Origin: Squalus acanthias
Taxonomy: Eukaryota
NCBI GenBank assembly: GCA_030390025.1
Contig: CM059438.1
Coordinates: 56,546,001-56,610,000, forward strand
DNA length: 64,000 nt
Direction of reading: 5' to 3'
Shown here: in pieces, positions 1 to 13,500 of the stretch
Position numbering within the stretch: the stretch's first letter is position 1
Layout: each line of letters opens with the position of its first letter
Translations under genes and position numbers: made by a program
The notes under the pieces: generated by a model
Databases searched by the model: none
What the model was told of the DNA's origin: nothing
What the model saw: only the letters and a program-made list of their open reading frames with translations

Positions 1-2865
1 GTGTATATCTATCAGAGGCAGTGTGTATCATTGAGGGTGTATATCTATTAGAGGCAGTGTGTACCATTCAGTGTGTATATCTATTAGAGGCAGTGTGTCC
101 CATTCACTGTTTTTATCTATTAGAGACAGTGTGGACCATTCACTGTGTATATCTATTAGAGGCAGTGTGTACCATTCAGTGTGTATATCTATTAGAGGCA
201 GTGTGTATCATTCAGTGTGTATATCTATTCGAGGCAGTGTGTACCATTCAGTGTGTATATCTATTAGTGGCAGTGTGTATCATTCAGTGTGAATAACTAT
301 TAGAGGCAGTGTGTAACATTCAGTGTGAATATCTATTAGAGGCAGTGTGTATCATTCTGTGTGTATATCTATTAGAGGCAGTGTGTACCATTCAATGTGT
401 ACATCTGTTAGAGGCAGTGTGTACCATTCAGTGTGTATATCTATTGGAGGCACTGTGTACCATTCGGTGGGTATATCTATTAGAGGCAGTGTGTATCATT
501 CGGTGTGAATATCTATTAGAGGCAGTGTGTACCATTCAGTGTGTTTATCTATTAGAGGCAGTGTGTATCATTCAGTGTGTATATCTATTAGCAGTGTTAC
601 ATCAGTGTTTAGCAGTGTGTACCATTCACTGTGTATACCTATTAGAGGCAGTGTGTATCATTCCGTGTGTATATCTATTAGAGGCAGTGTGTATCATTCG
701 GTGTGTATATCTATTAGAGGCCGTGTGTACCATTCAGTGTGTATATCTGTTAGAGGCAGTGTGTACCATTCAGTGTGTATATCTATTAGAGGCACTGTGT
801 ACCATTCGGTGGGTATATCTATTAGAGGCAGTGCGTATCATTCGGTGTGAATATCTATTAGAGGCAGTGTGTACCATTCAGTATGTTTATCTATTAGAGG
901 CAGTGTGTATCATTCAGTGTGTATATCTATTAGAGGCAGTGTGTATCATTCAGTGTGAATATCTATTAGAGGCAGTGCGTAACATTCAGTGTGAATATCT
1001 ATTAGCGGCAGTGTGTACCATTCAGTGTGTATATCTATTAGAGGCAGTGTACCATTCAGTGTGTATATCTATTAGAGGCAGTGTGTACCATTCACTGTGT
1101 ATATCTATTAGAGGCAGTGTGTACAATTCACTGTGTATATCTATTAGAGGCAGTGTGTACCATTCAATGTGAATATCTATTTGAGGCAGTGTGTACCATT
1201 CACTGTGTATATCTATTAGAGGCAGTGTGTACCATTCAGTGTGTATATCTATTAGAGGCAGTGTGTACCATTCAGTGTGAATATCTATTAGAGGTAGTGT
1301 GTACCATTCACTGTGTATATCTATTAGAGGCAGTGTGTATCATTCAGTGTGTATATCTATTAGAGGCAGTGTGTACCATTCAGTGTGTATATCTATTAGT
1401 GGCAGTGTGTATCATTCAGTGTAAATATCTATTAGCGGCAGTGTGTACCATTCACTGTGTATATCTATTAGAGGCAGTCTGTATCATTCAGTGTGTATAT
1501 CTATTCGAGGCATTGTGTATCATTCAGTGTGTATATCTATTAGAGGCAGTGTGTACCATTCAGTGTGTATATCTATTAGAGGCAGTGTGTATCATTCAGT
1601 GTGTACATCTATTAGAGGCAGTGTGTATCATTCAGTGTGTATATCTATTAGAGGTAGTGTGTACCATTCACTGTGTATATCTATTAGAGCCAGTGTGTAT
1701 CATTCAGTGTGTATATCTATTAGAGGCAGTGTGTATCATTCAGTGTGTATATCTATTAGAGACAGTGTGTATCATTCAGTGTGTATATCTATTAGAGGCA
1801 GTGTGTACCATTCACTGTGTTTATCTATTAGAGGCAGTGTGTACCATTCAATGTGTATATCTATTCAAGGCAGTGTGTATCATTCAGTGTGTATATCTAT
1901 TTGACGCAGTGTGTACCATTCAGTGTGTACATCTATTAGAGGCAGTGTGTATCATTCAGTGTGTATATCTAGTAGGGGCAGTGTGTACCATTCAGTGTGT
2001 ATATCTATTAGAGGCAGTGCATATCATTCAGTGTGTATATCTATTAGAGACAGTGTGTATCATTCAGTGTGTATATCTATTAGAGGCAGTGTGTACCATT
2101 CACTGTGTTTATCTATTAGAGGCAGTGTGTACCATTCAATGTGTATATCTATTCGAGGCAGTGTGTACCATTCAGTGTGTATATCTATTAGAGGCAGTGT
2201 GTACCATTCAGTGTGTATATCTATTAGAGGCAGTGTGTATATCTATTTGAGGCAGTGTGTACCATTCAGTGTATAAATCTATTAGAGGCAGTGTGTACCA
2301 TTCAGTGTGTATATCTATTACAGACAGTGTGTACCATTCAGTGTATATATCTATTAGAGGCAGTGTGTTTCATTCAGTATGTATATCTATTAGAGGCAGT
2401 GTGTACCATTCAGTGTGTATATCTATTAGAGGCAGTGTGTACCATTCAGTGTGTATATCTATTAGAGGCAGTGTGACCATTCAGTATGTATATCTATTAG
2501 AGGCAGTGTGTAACATTGAGTGTGTATATCTATTAGAGGCAGTGTGTACCATTCAGTGTGAATATCTATTAGAGGCAGTGTGTATCATTCAGTGTGTATA
2601 TCTTTTCGAGGCAGTGCGTATCATTCAGTGTGAAAATCTATTAGAGGCAGTGTGTACCATTCCGCGTGTATATCTATTACAGGCAGTGTATATCATTCAG
2701 TGTGAATATCTATTAGAGGCAGTGTACCATTCAGTGTGTATATCTATTAGAGGCAGTGTATATCATTCAGTGTGAATATCTATTAGAGGCAGTGTGTACC
2801 ATTCACTGTGTATATCTATTAGAGGCAGTGAGTATGATTCAGTGTGTATATCTATTAGAGGCATT

Positions 2866-3629
2866 GGCCCGAAAATTGGACCTAATACGAGAGATTACGC
2901 ACTGTGTACCCTCGCGTATTAGGTCCCGAAGTGCTGGTTTCCTGCATGCACTGCGCATGCGCGGGAAACCGGCACTTCAGGTATTGCGAAGGGGGCGGTT
3001 CCTAAGTGAACCGCGTGCGCACTACAGGTTGCGCGCACGCAGCACACTTATTTTTTTTTCAGGTTTGAACGCGAAGGTAAGTGTTGAAGATTTTACACAT
3101 GAAGAAAGCAGGCGTAAGACCCCCTTTTAACAAGGTAAGTAGTTAATTAAGTATTATTTTAAATTTTTTTCAACAGGTTTATCTTTTTTAGAGACTTTAA
3201 AGAAAGGTAAGTTTATTTTTATAACTTTTAAAAAGAATTTAAATTTTTTCAAAAATTTAAATTTTTGTTTAAAATGGTTAATTTATTTAACTATAGTTAT
3301 TTTATTAATGTGATGGCTTTTTTTTAAATTTAATTGAGGTTTAGCTGTTCTTTTGGGGGCTTGTTGTATTCATAGTTTTGACAGCTCTTCCTGTCAAAAC
3401 TATGAATGAAAGATGGTGTGCTGCCATTGGCTCGAACTGGCCCAGGTGATCCCAGAGGTCGCATCGCACTAACTGCGCCTCTGGGACACGCACACACTGC
3501 GCGCCGGCACCAGGGAGATGCCCAGGAACTGAAGTTCATGTGGGCCAAAACCATAAAGGCAGGCGCGGAGTGCGATATCGCGGGGGATCCTTACCCCCGC
3601 GGCAAATATCGAAGTCCAATTTCTGGGCC
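2866..3629. mobile_element. 764-bp non-autonomous TIR element (MITE, PIF/Harbinger-like), copy 1
   Basis: TIRs GGCCCGAAAATTGGA ... TCCAATTTCTGGGCC; ATT on both flanks (3-bp TSD); no transposase ORF. Confidence 0.88.
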
Positions 3630-5379
3630 ATTTTGTATCATTCAGTGTGTATATCTATTAGATGCAGTGTGTATCATTCAGTGTGTATATCTATTAGAGG
3701 CAGTGTGTACCATTCACTGTGTATATCTATTAGAGGCAGTGTGTACCATTCAGTGTGTATATCTATTAGAGGCAGTGTGTATCATTGAGGGTGTATATCT
3801 ATTAGAGGCAGTGTGTACCATTCACTTTGTATATCTATTAGAGGCAGTGTGTGTCATTCAGTGTGTATATCTATTAGAGGCAGTGTGTACCATTCAGTGT
3901 GTATATCTATTAGTGGCAGTGTGTATCATTCAGTGTAAATATCTATTAGCGGCAGTGTGTACCATTCACTGTGTATATCTATTAGAGGCAGTCTGTATCA
4001 TTCAGTGTGTATATCTATTCGAGGCATTGTGTATCATTCAGTGTGTATATCTATTAGAGGCAGTGTGTACCATTCAGTGTGTATATCTATTAGAGGCAGT
4101 GTGTATCATTCAGTGTGTACATCTATTAGAGGCAGTGTGTATCATTCAGTGTGCATATCTATTAGAGGTAGTGTGTACCATTCACTGTGTATATCTATTA
4201 GAGCCAGTGTGTATCATTCAGTGTGTATATCTATTAGAGGCAGTGTGTATCATTCAGTGTGTATATCTATTAGAGACAGTGTGTATCATTCAGTGTGTAT
4301 ATCTATTAGAGGCAGTGTGTACCATTCACTGTGTTTATCTATTAGAGGCAGTGTGTACCATTCAATGTGTATATCTATTCAAGGCAGTGTGTATCATTCA
4401 GTGTGTATATCTATTTGACGCAGTGTGTACCATTCAGTGTGTACATCTATTAGAGGCAGTGTGTATCATTCAGTGTGTATATCTAGTAGGGGCAGTGTGT
4501 ACCATTCAGTGTGTATATCTATTAGAGGCAGTGCATATCATTCAGTGTGTATATCTATTAGAGACAGTGTGTATCATTCAGTGTGTATATCTATTAGAGG
4601 CAGTGTGTACCATTCACTGTGTTTATCTATTAGAGGCAGTGTGTACCATTCAATGTGTATATCTATTCGAGGCAGTGTGTACCATTCAGTGTGTATATCT
4701 ATTAGAGGCAGTGTGTACCATTCAGTGTGTATATCTATTAGAGGCAGTGTGTATATCTATTTGAGGCAGTGTGTACCATTCAGTGTATAAATCTATTAGA
4801 GGCAGTGTGTACCATTCAGTGTGTATATCTATTACAGACAGTGTGTACCATTCAGTGTATATATCTATTAGAGGCAGTGTGTTTCATTCAGTATGTATAT
4901 CTATTAGAGGCAGTGTGTACCATTCAGTGTGTATATCTATTAGAGGCAGTGTGTACCATTCAGTGTGTATATCTATTAGAGGCAGTGTGACCATTCAGTA
5001 TGTATATCTATTAGAGGCAGTGTGTAACATTGAGTGTGTATATCTATTAGAGGCAGTGTGTACCATTCAGTGTGAATATCTATTAGAGGCAGTGTGTATC
5101 ATTCAGTGTGTATATCTTTTCGAGGCAGTGCGTATCATTCAGTGTGAAAATCTATTAGAGGCAGTGTGTACCATTCCGCGTGTATATCTATTACAGGCAG
5201 TGTATATCATTCAGTGTGAATATCTATTAGAGGCAGTGTACCATTCAGTGTGTATATCTATTAGAGGCAGTGTATATCATTCAGTGTGAATATCTATTAG
5301 AGGCAGTGTGTACCATTCACTGTGTATATCTATTAGAGGCAGTGAGTATGATTCAGTGTGTATATCTATTAGAGGCATT

Positions 5380-6143
5380 GGCCCGAAAATTGGACCTAAT
5401 ACGAGAGATTACGCACTGTGTACCCTCGCGTATTAGGTCCCGAAGTGCTGGTTTCCTGCATGCACTGCGCATGCGCGGGAAACCGGCACTTCAGGTATTG
5501 CGAAGGGGGCGGTTCCTAAGTGAACCGCGTGCGCACTACAGGTTGCGCGCACGCAGCACACTTATTTTTTTTTCAGGTTTGAACGCGAAGGTAAGTGTTG
5601 AAGATTTTACACATGAAGAAAGCAGGCGTAAGACCCCCTTTTAACAAGGTAAGTAGTTAATTAAGTATTATTTTAAATTTTTTTCAACAGGTTTATCTTT
5701 TTTAGAGACTTTAAAGAAAGGTAAGTTTATTTTTATAACTTTTAAAAAGAATTTAAATTTTTTCAAAAATTTAAATTTTTGTTTAAAATGGTTAATTTAT
5801 TTAACTATAGTTATTTTATTAATGTGATGGCTTTTTTTTAAATTTAATTGAGGTTTAGCTGTTCTTTTGGGGGCTTGTTGTATTCATAGTTTTGACAGCT
5901 CTTCCTGTCAAAACTATGAATGAAAGATGGTGTGCTGCCATTGGCTCGAACTGGCCCAGGTGATCCCAGAGGTCGCATCGCACTAACTGCGCCTCTGGGA
6001 CACGCACACACTGCGCGCCGGCACCAGGGAGATGCCCAGGAACTGAAGTTCATGTGGGCCAAAACCATAAAGGCAGGCGCGGAGTGCGATATCGCGGGGG
6101 ATCCTTACCCCCGCGGCAAATATCGAAGTCCAATTTCTGGGCC
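5380..6143. mobile_element. 764-bp MITE, copy 2
   Basis: Same TIRs, TSD and flanks as copy 1; 2514 bp downstream. Confidence 0.88.
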
Positions 6144-7533
6144 ATTTTGTATCATTCAGTGTGTATATCTATTAGATGCAGTGTGTATCATTCAGTGTGT
6201 ATATCTATTAGAGGCAGTGTGTACCATTCACTGTGTATATCTATTAGAGGCAGTGTGTACCATTCAGTGTGTATATCTATTAGAGGCAGTGTGTATCATT
6301 GAGGGTGTATATCTATTAGAGGCAGTGTGTACCATTCACTTTGTATATCTATTAGAGGCAGTGTGTGTCATTCAGTGTGTATATCTATTAGAGGCAGTGT
6401 GTACCATTCAGTGTGTATATCTATTAGTGGCAGTGTGTATCATTCAGTGTGAATAACTATTAGAGGCAGTGTGTAACATTCAGTGGGAATATCTATTAGA
6501 GGCAGTGTGTACCATTCACTGTGTATATCTATCAGAGGCAGTGTGTACCATTCAGTGTGTATATCTATTAGAGGCAGTGTGTATCATTCGGTGTGAATAT
6601 CTATTAGAGGCAGTGTGTATCATTCTGTGTGAATAACTATTAGAGGCAGTGTGTACCATTCAGTGTGTATATCTATTAGAGGCAGTGCATATCATTCAGT
6701 GTGTATATCTATTAGAGACAGTGTGTATCATTCAATGTGTATATCTATTAGAGGCAGTGTGTACCATTCACTGTGTTTATCTATTAGAGGCAGTGTGTAC
6801 CATTCAATGTGTATATCTATTCGAGGCAGTGTGTACCATTCAGTGTGTATATCTATTAGAGGCAGTGTGTACCATTCAGTGTGTATATCTATTAGAGGCA
6901 GTGTGTATATCTATTTGAGGCAGTGTGTACCATTCAGTGTATAAATCTATTAGAGGCAGTGTGTACCATTCAGTGTGTATATCTATTACAGACAGTGTGT
7001 ACCATTCAGTGTATATATCTATTAGAGGCAGTGTGTTTCATTCAGTATGTATATCTATTAGAGGCAGTGTGTACCATTCAGTGTGTATATCTATTAGAGG
7101 CAGTGTGTACCATTCAGTGTGTATATCTATTAGAGGCAGTGTGACCATTCAGTATGTATATCTATTAGAGGCAGTGTGTAACATTGAGTGTGTATATCTA
7201 TTAGAGGCAGTGTGTACCATTCAGTGTGAATATCTATTAGAGGCAGTGTGTATCATTCAGTGTGTATATCTTTTCGAGGCAGTGCGTATCATTCAGTGTG
7301 AAAATCTATTAGAGGCAGTGTGTACCATTCAGCGTGTATATCTATTACAGGCAGTGTATATCATTCAGTGTGAATATCTATTAGAGGCAGTGTACCATTC
7401 AGTGTGTATATCTATTAGAGGCAGTGTATATCATTCAGTGTGAATATCTATTAGAGGCAGTGTGTACCATTCACTGTGTATATCTATTAGAGGCAGTGAG
7501 TATGATTCAGTGTGTATATCTATTAGAAGCATT

Positions 7534-8297
7534 GGCCCGAAAATTGGACCTAATACGGGAGATTACGCACTGTGTACCCTCGCGTATTAGGTCCCGAAGT
7601 GCTGGTTTCCTGCATGCACTGCGCATGCGCGGGAAACCGGCACTTCAGGTATTGCGAAGGGGGCAGTTCCTAAGTGAACCGCGTGCGCACTACAGGTTGC
7701 GCGCACGCAGCACACTTATTTTTTTTTCAGGTTTGAACGCGAAGGTAAGTGTTGAAGATTTTACACATGAAGAAAGCAGGCGTAAGACCCCCTTTTAACA
7801 AGGTAAGTAGTTAATTAAGTATTATTTTAAATTTTTTTCAACAGGTTTATCTTTTTTAGAGACTTTAAAGAAAGGTAAGTTTATTTTTATAACTTTTAAA
7901 AAGAATTTAAATTTTTTCAAAAATTTAAATTTTTGTTTAAAATGGTTAATTTATTTAACTATAGTTATTTTATTAATGTGATGGCTTTTTTTTAAATTTA
8001 ATTGAGGTTTAGCTGTTCTTTTGGGGGCTTGTTGTATTCATAGTTTTGACAGCTCTTCCTGTCAAAACTATGAATGAAAGATGGTGTGCTGCCATTGGCT
8101 CGAACTGGCCCAGGTGATCCCAGAGGTCGCATCGCACTAACTGCGCCTCTGGGACACGCACACACTGCGCGCCGGCACCAGGGAGATGCCCAGGAACTGA
8201 AGTTCATGTGGGCCAAAACCATAAAGGCAGGCGCGGAGTGCGATATCGCGGGGGATCCTTACCCCCGCGGCAAATATCGAAGTCCAATTTCTGGGCC
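7534..8297. mobile_element. 764-bp MITE, copy 3
   Basis: Same TIRs/TSD; variants TACGGGAG and GGGGGCAGTT shared with copy 4. Confidence 0.88.
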
Positions 8298-9770
8298 ATT
8301 TTGTATCATTCAGTGTGTATATCTATTAGAGGCAGTGTGTATCATTCAGTGTGTATATCTATTAGAGGCAGTGTGTACCATTCACTGTGTATATCTATTA
8401 GAGGCAGTGTGTACCATTCAGTGTGTATATCTATTAGAGGCAGTGTGTATCATTGAGGGTGTATATCTATTAGAGGCAGTGTGTACCATTCAGTGTGTAT
8501 ATCTATTAGAGGCAGTGTGTCCCATTCACTGTTTTTATCTATTAGAGACAGTGTGGACCATTCAGTGTGTATATCTATTAGAGGCAGTGTGTACCATTCA
8601 GTGTGTATATCTATTAGAGGCAGTGTGTATCATTCAGTGTGTATATCTATTAGAGGCAGTGTGTATATTGAGTGTGTATATCTATTAGAGGCAGTGGGTA
8701 TCATTCAGTGTGTATATCTATTAGAGGCAGTGTGTATCATTGAGGGTGTACATCTATTTGAGGCAGTGTGTACCATTCAGTGTGTATATCTATTAGAGGC
8801 AGTGTGTACCATTCAGTGTGTATATCTATTAGAGGCAGTGTGTATCATTCAGTGTGTATATCTATTAGAGGTAGTGTGTACCATTCAGTGTGTATATCTA
8901 TTAGAGGCAGTGTGTATCATTCAGTGTGTATATCTATTAGAGCCAGTGTGTATCATTGAGTGTGTATATCTGTTAGAGGCAGTGTGTACCATTCAGTGTG
9001 TATATCTATTAGAGGCACTGTGTACCATTCGGTGGGTATATCTATTAGAGGCAGTGTGTATCATTCGGTGTGAATATCTATTAGAGGCAGTGTGTACCAT
9101 TCAGTGTGTTTATCTATTAGAGGCAGTGTGTATCATTCAGTGTGTATTTCTATTAGAGGCAGTGTGTATCATTCAGTGTGAATATCTATTAGAGGCAGTG
9201 CGTAACATTCAGTGTGAATATCTATTAGAGGCAGTGTGTACCATTCAGTGTGTATATCTATTAGAGGCAGTGTACCATTCAGTGTGTATATCTATTAGAG
9301 GCAGTGTGTACCATTCACTGTGTATATCTATTAGAGGCAGTGTGTACCATTCAGTGTGTATATCTATTAGAGGCAGTGTGACCATTCAGTATGTATATCT
9401 ATTAGAGGCAGTGTGTAACATTGAGTGTGTATATCTATTAGAGGCAGTGTGTACCATTCAGTGTGAATATCTATTAGAGGCAGTGTGTATCATTCAGTGT
9501 GTATATCTTTTCGAGGCAGTGCGTATCATTCAGTGTGAAAATCTATTAGAGGCAGTGTGTACCATTCAGCGTGTATATCTATTACAGGCAGTGTATATCA
9601 TTCAGTGTGAATATCTATTAGAGGCAGTGTACCATTCAGTGTGTATATCTATTAGAGGCAGTGTATATCATTCAGTGTGAATATCTATTAGAGGCAGTGT
9701 GTACCATTCACTGTGTATATCTATTAGAGGCAGTGAGTATGATTCAGTGTGTATATCTATTAGAAGCATT

Positions 9771-10534
9771 GGCCCGAAAATTGGACCTAATACGGGAGAT
9801 TACGCACTGTGTACCCTCGCGTATTAGGTCCCGAAGTGCTGGTTTCCTGCATGCACTGCGCATGCGCGGGAAACCGGCACTTCAGGTATTGCGAAGGGGG
9901 CAGTTCCTAAGTGAACCGCGTGCGCACTACAGGTTGCGCGCACGCAGCACACTTATTTTTTTTTCAGGTTTGAACGCGAAGGTAAGTGTTGAAGATTTTA
10001 CACATGAAGAAAGCAGGCGTAAGACCCCCTTTTAACAAGGTAAGTAGTTAATTAAGTATTATTTTAAATTTTTTTCAACAGGTTTATCTTTTTTAGAGAC
10101 TTTAAAGAAAGGTAAGTTTATTTTTATAACTTTTAAAAAGAATTTAAATTTTTTCAAAAATTTAAATTTTTGTTTAAAATGGTTAATTTATTTAACTATA
10201 GTTATTTTATTAATGTGATGGCTTTTTTTTAAATTTAATTGAGGTTTAGCTGTTCTTTTGGGGGCTTGTTGTATTCATAGTTTTGACAGCTCTTCCTGTC
10301 AAAACTATGAATGAAAGATGGTGTGCTGCCATTGGCTCGAACTGGCCCAGGTGATCCCAGAGGTCGCATCGCACTAACTGCGCCTCTGGGACACGCACAC
10401 ACTGCGCGCCGGCACCAGGGAGATGCCCAGGAACTGAAGTTCATGTGGGCCAAAACCATAAAGGCAGGCGCGGAGTGCGATATCGCGGGGGATCCTTACC
10501 CCCGCGGCAAATATCGAAGTCCAATTTCTGGGCC
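9771..10534. mobile_element. 764-bp MITE, copy 4
   Basis: Same TIRs/TSD; matches copy 3 variants. Confidence 0.88.
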
Positions 10535-13500
10535 ATTTTGTATCATTCAGTGTGTATATCTATTAGAGGCAGTGTGTATCATTCAGTGTGTATATCTATT
10601 AGAGGCAGTGTGTACCATTCACTGTGTATATCTATTAGAGGCAGTGTGTACCATTCAGTGTGTATATCTATTAGAGGCAGTGTGTATCATTGAGGGTGTA
10701 TATCTATTAGAGGCAGTGTGTACCATTCAGTGTGTATATCTATTAGAGGCAGTGTGTCCCATTCACTGTTTTTATCTATTAGAGACAGTGTGGACCATTC
10801 AGTGTGTATATCTATTAGAGGCAGTGTGTACCATTCAGTGTGTATATCTATTAGAGGCAGTGTGTATCATTCAGTGTGTATATCTATTAGAGGCAGTGTG
10901 TATATTGAGTGTGTATATCTATTAGAGGCAGTGGGTATCATTCAGTGTGTATATCTATTAGAGGCAGTGTGTATCATTGAGGGTGTACATCTATTTGAGG
11001 CAGTGTGTACCATTCACTGTGTATATCTATTAGAGGCAGTGTGTACCATTCAGTGTGTATATCTATTAGAGGCAGTGTGTATCATTCAGTGTGTATATCT
11101 ATTAGAGGTAGTGTGTACCATTCAGTGTGTATATCTATTAGAGGCAGTGTGTATCATTCAGTGTGTATATCTATTAGAGCCAGTGTGTATCATTGAGTGT
11201 GTATATCTGTTAGAGGCAGTGTGTACCATTCAGTGTGTATATCTATTAGAGGCACTGTGTACCATTCGGTGGGTATATCTATTAGAGGCAGTGTGTATCA
11301 TTCGGTGTGAATATCTATTAGAGGCAGTGTGTACCATTCAGTGTGTTTATCTATTAGAGGCAGTGTGTATCATTCAGTGTGTATTTCTATTAGAGGCAGT
11401 GTGTATCATTCAGTGTGAATATCTATTAGAGGCAGTGCGTAACATTCAGTGTGAATATCTATTAGAGGCAGTGTGTACCATTCAGTGTGTATATCTATTA
11501 GAGGCAGTGTACCATTCAGTGTGTATATCTATTAGAGGCAGTGTGTACCATTCACTGTGTATATCTATTAGAGGCAGTGTGTACAATTCACTGTGTATAT
11601 CTATTAGAGGCAGTGTGTACCATTCAATGTGAATAACTATTTGAGGCAGTGTGTACCATTCACTGTGTATATCTATTTGAGGCAGTGTGTATCATTCAGT
11701 GTGTATATCTATTAGAGGCAGTGTGTATATTGAGTGTGTATATCTATTAGAGGCAGTTGGTATCATTCAGTGTGTATATCTATTAGAGGCAGTGTGTATC
11801 ATTGAGGGTGTACATCTATTTGAGGCAGTGTGTACCATTCAGTGTGTATATCTATTAGAGGCAGTGTGTACCATTCAGTGTGTATATCTATTAGAGGCAG
11901 TGTGTATCATTCAGTGTGTATATCTATTAGAGGTAGTGTGTACCATTCAGTGTGTATATCTATTAGAGGCAGTGTGTATCATTCAGTGTGTATATCTATT
12001 AGAGCCAGTGTGTATCATTGAGTGTATATATATATTAAAGGCAGTGTGTACCATTCACTGTGTATATCTATTAGAGGCAGTGTGTATCATTCAGTGTGTA
12101 ATACTATTAGTGGCAGTGTGTACCATTCACTGTGTATACCAATTAGAAGCAGTGTGTATCATTCAGTGTGTATATCTATTAGAGGCAGTGTGTATCATTC
12201 GGTGTGTATATCTATTAGAGGCAGTGTGTACCATTCAGTGTGAATATCTGTTAGAGGCAGTGTGTACCATTCAGTGTGTATATCTATTAGAGGCACTGTG
12301 TACCATTCGGTGGGTATATCTATTAGAGGCAGTGTGTATCATTCGGTGTGAATATCTATTAGAGGCAGTGTGTACCATTCAGTGTGTTTATCTATTAGAG
12401 GCAGTGTGTATCATTCAGTGTGTATATCTATTAGAGGCAGTGTGTATCATTCAGTGTGAATATCTATTAGAGGCAGTGCGTAACATTCAGTGTGAATATC
12501 TATTAGAGGCAGTGTGTACCATTCACTGTGTATATCTATTAGAGGCAGTGTGTACAATTCACTGTGTATATCTATTAGAGGCACTGTGTACCATTCAATG
12601 TGAATAACTATTTGAGGCAGTGTGTACCATTCACTGTGTATATCTATTAGAGGCAGTGTGTACCATTCAGTGTGTATATCTATTCGAGGCATTGTGTGTC
12701 ATTCAGTGTGTATATTTATTAGAGGCAGTGTGTACCATTCAGTGTGTATATCTATTAGAGGCAGTGTGTATCATTCAGTGTGTACATCTATTAGAGGCAG
12801 TGTGTATCATTCAGTGTGTATATCTATTAGAGGTAGTGTCTACCATTCACTCTGTAAATCTATTAGAGCCAGTGTGTATCATTCAGTGTGTATATCTATT
12901 AGAGGCAGTGTGTATCATTCAGTGTGTATATCTATTAGAGACAGTGTGTATCATTCAGTGTGTATACCTATTAGAGGCAGTGTGTACCATTCACTGTGTT
13001 TATCTATTAGAGGCAGTGTGTACCATTCAATGTGTATATCTATTCGAGGCAGTGTGTACCATTCAGTGTATATATCTATTAGTGGCAGTGTGTCTCATTC
13101 AGCGTGTATATCTATTACAGGCAGTGTGTACCATTCAGTGTATAAATCTATTAGAGGCAGTGTGTACCATTCAGTGTGTATATCTATTACAGACAGTGTG
13201 TACCATTCAGTGTATATATCTATTAGAGGCAGTGTGTTTCATTCAGTATGTATATCTATTAGAGGCAGTGTGTACCATTCAGTGTGTATATCTATTAGAG
13301 GCAGTGTGTACCATTCAGTGTGTATATCTATTAGAGGCAGTGTGACCATTCAGTATGTATATCTATTAGAGGCAGTGTGTAACATTCAGTGTGTATATCT
13401 ATTAGAGGCAGTGTGTACCATTCAGTGTGTATATCTATTAGAGGCAGTGTGTATCATTCAGTGTGTATATCTTTTCGAGGCAGTGCGTATCATTCAGTGT

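Noticed and set aside
2756..3788. ORFs crossing the MITE (124 aa, 74 aa, 82 aa, N-terminus of the 452 aa ORF)
   Set aside because: No recognisable domain. They run across TIR/satellite junctions and recur only because the DNA is duplicated.
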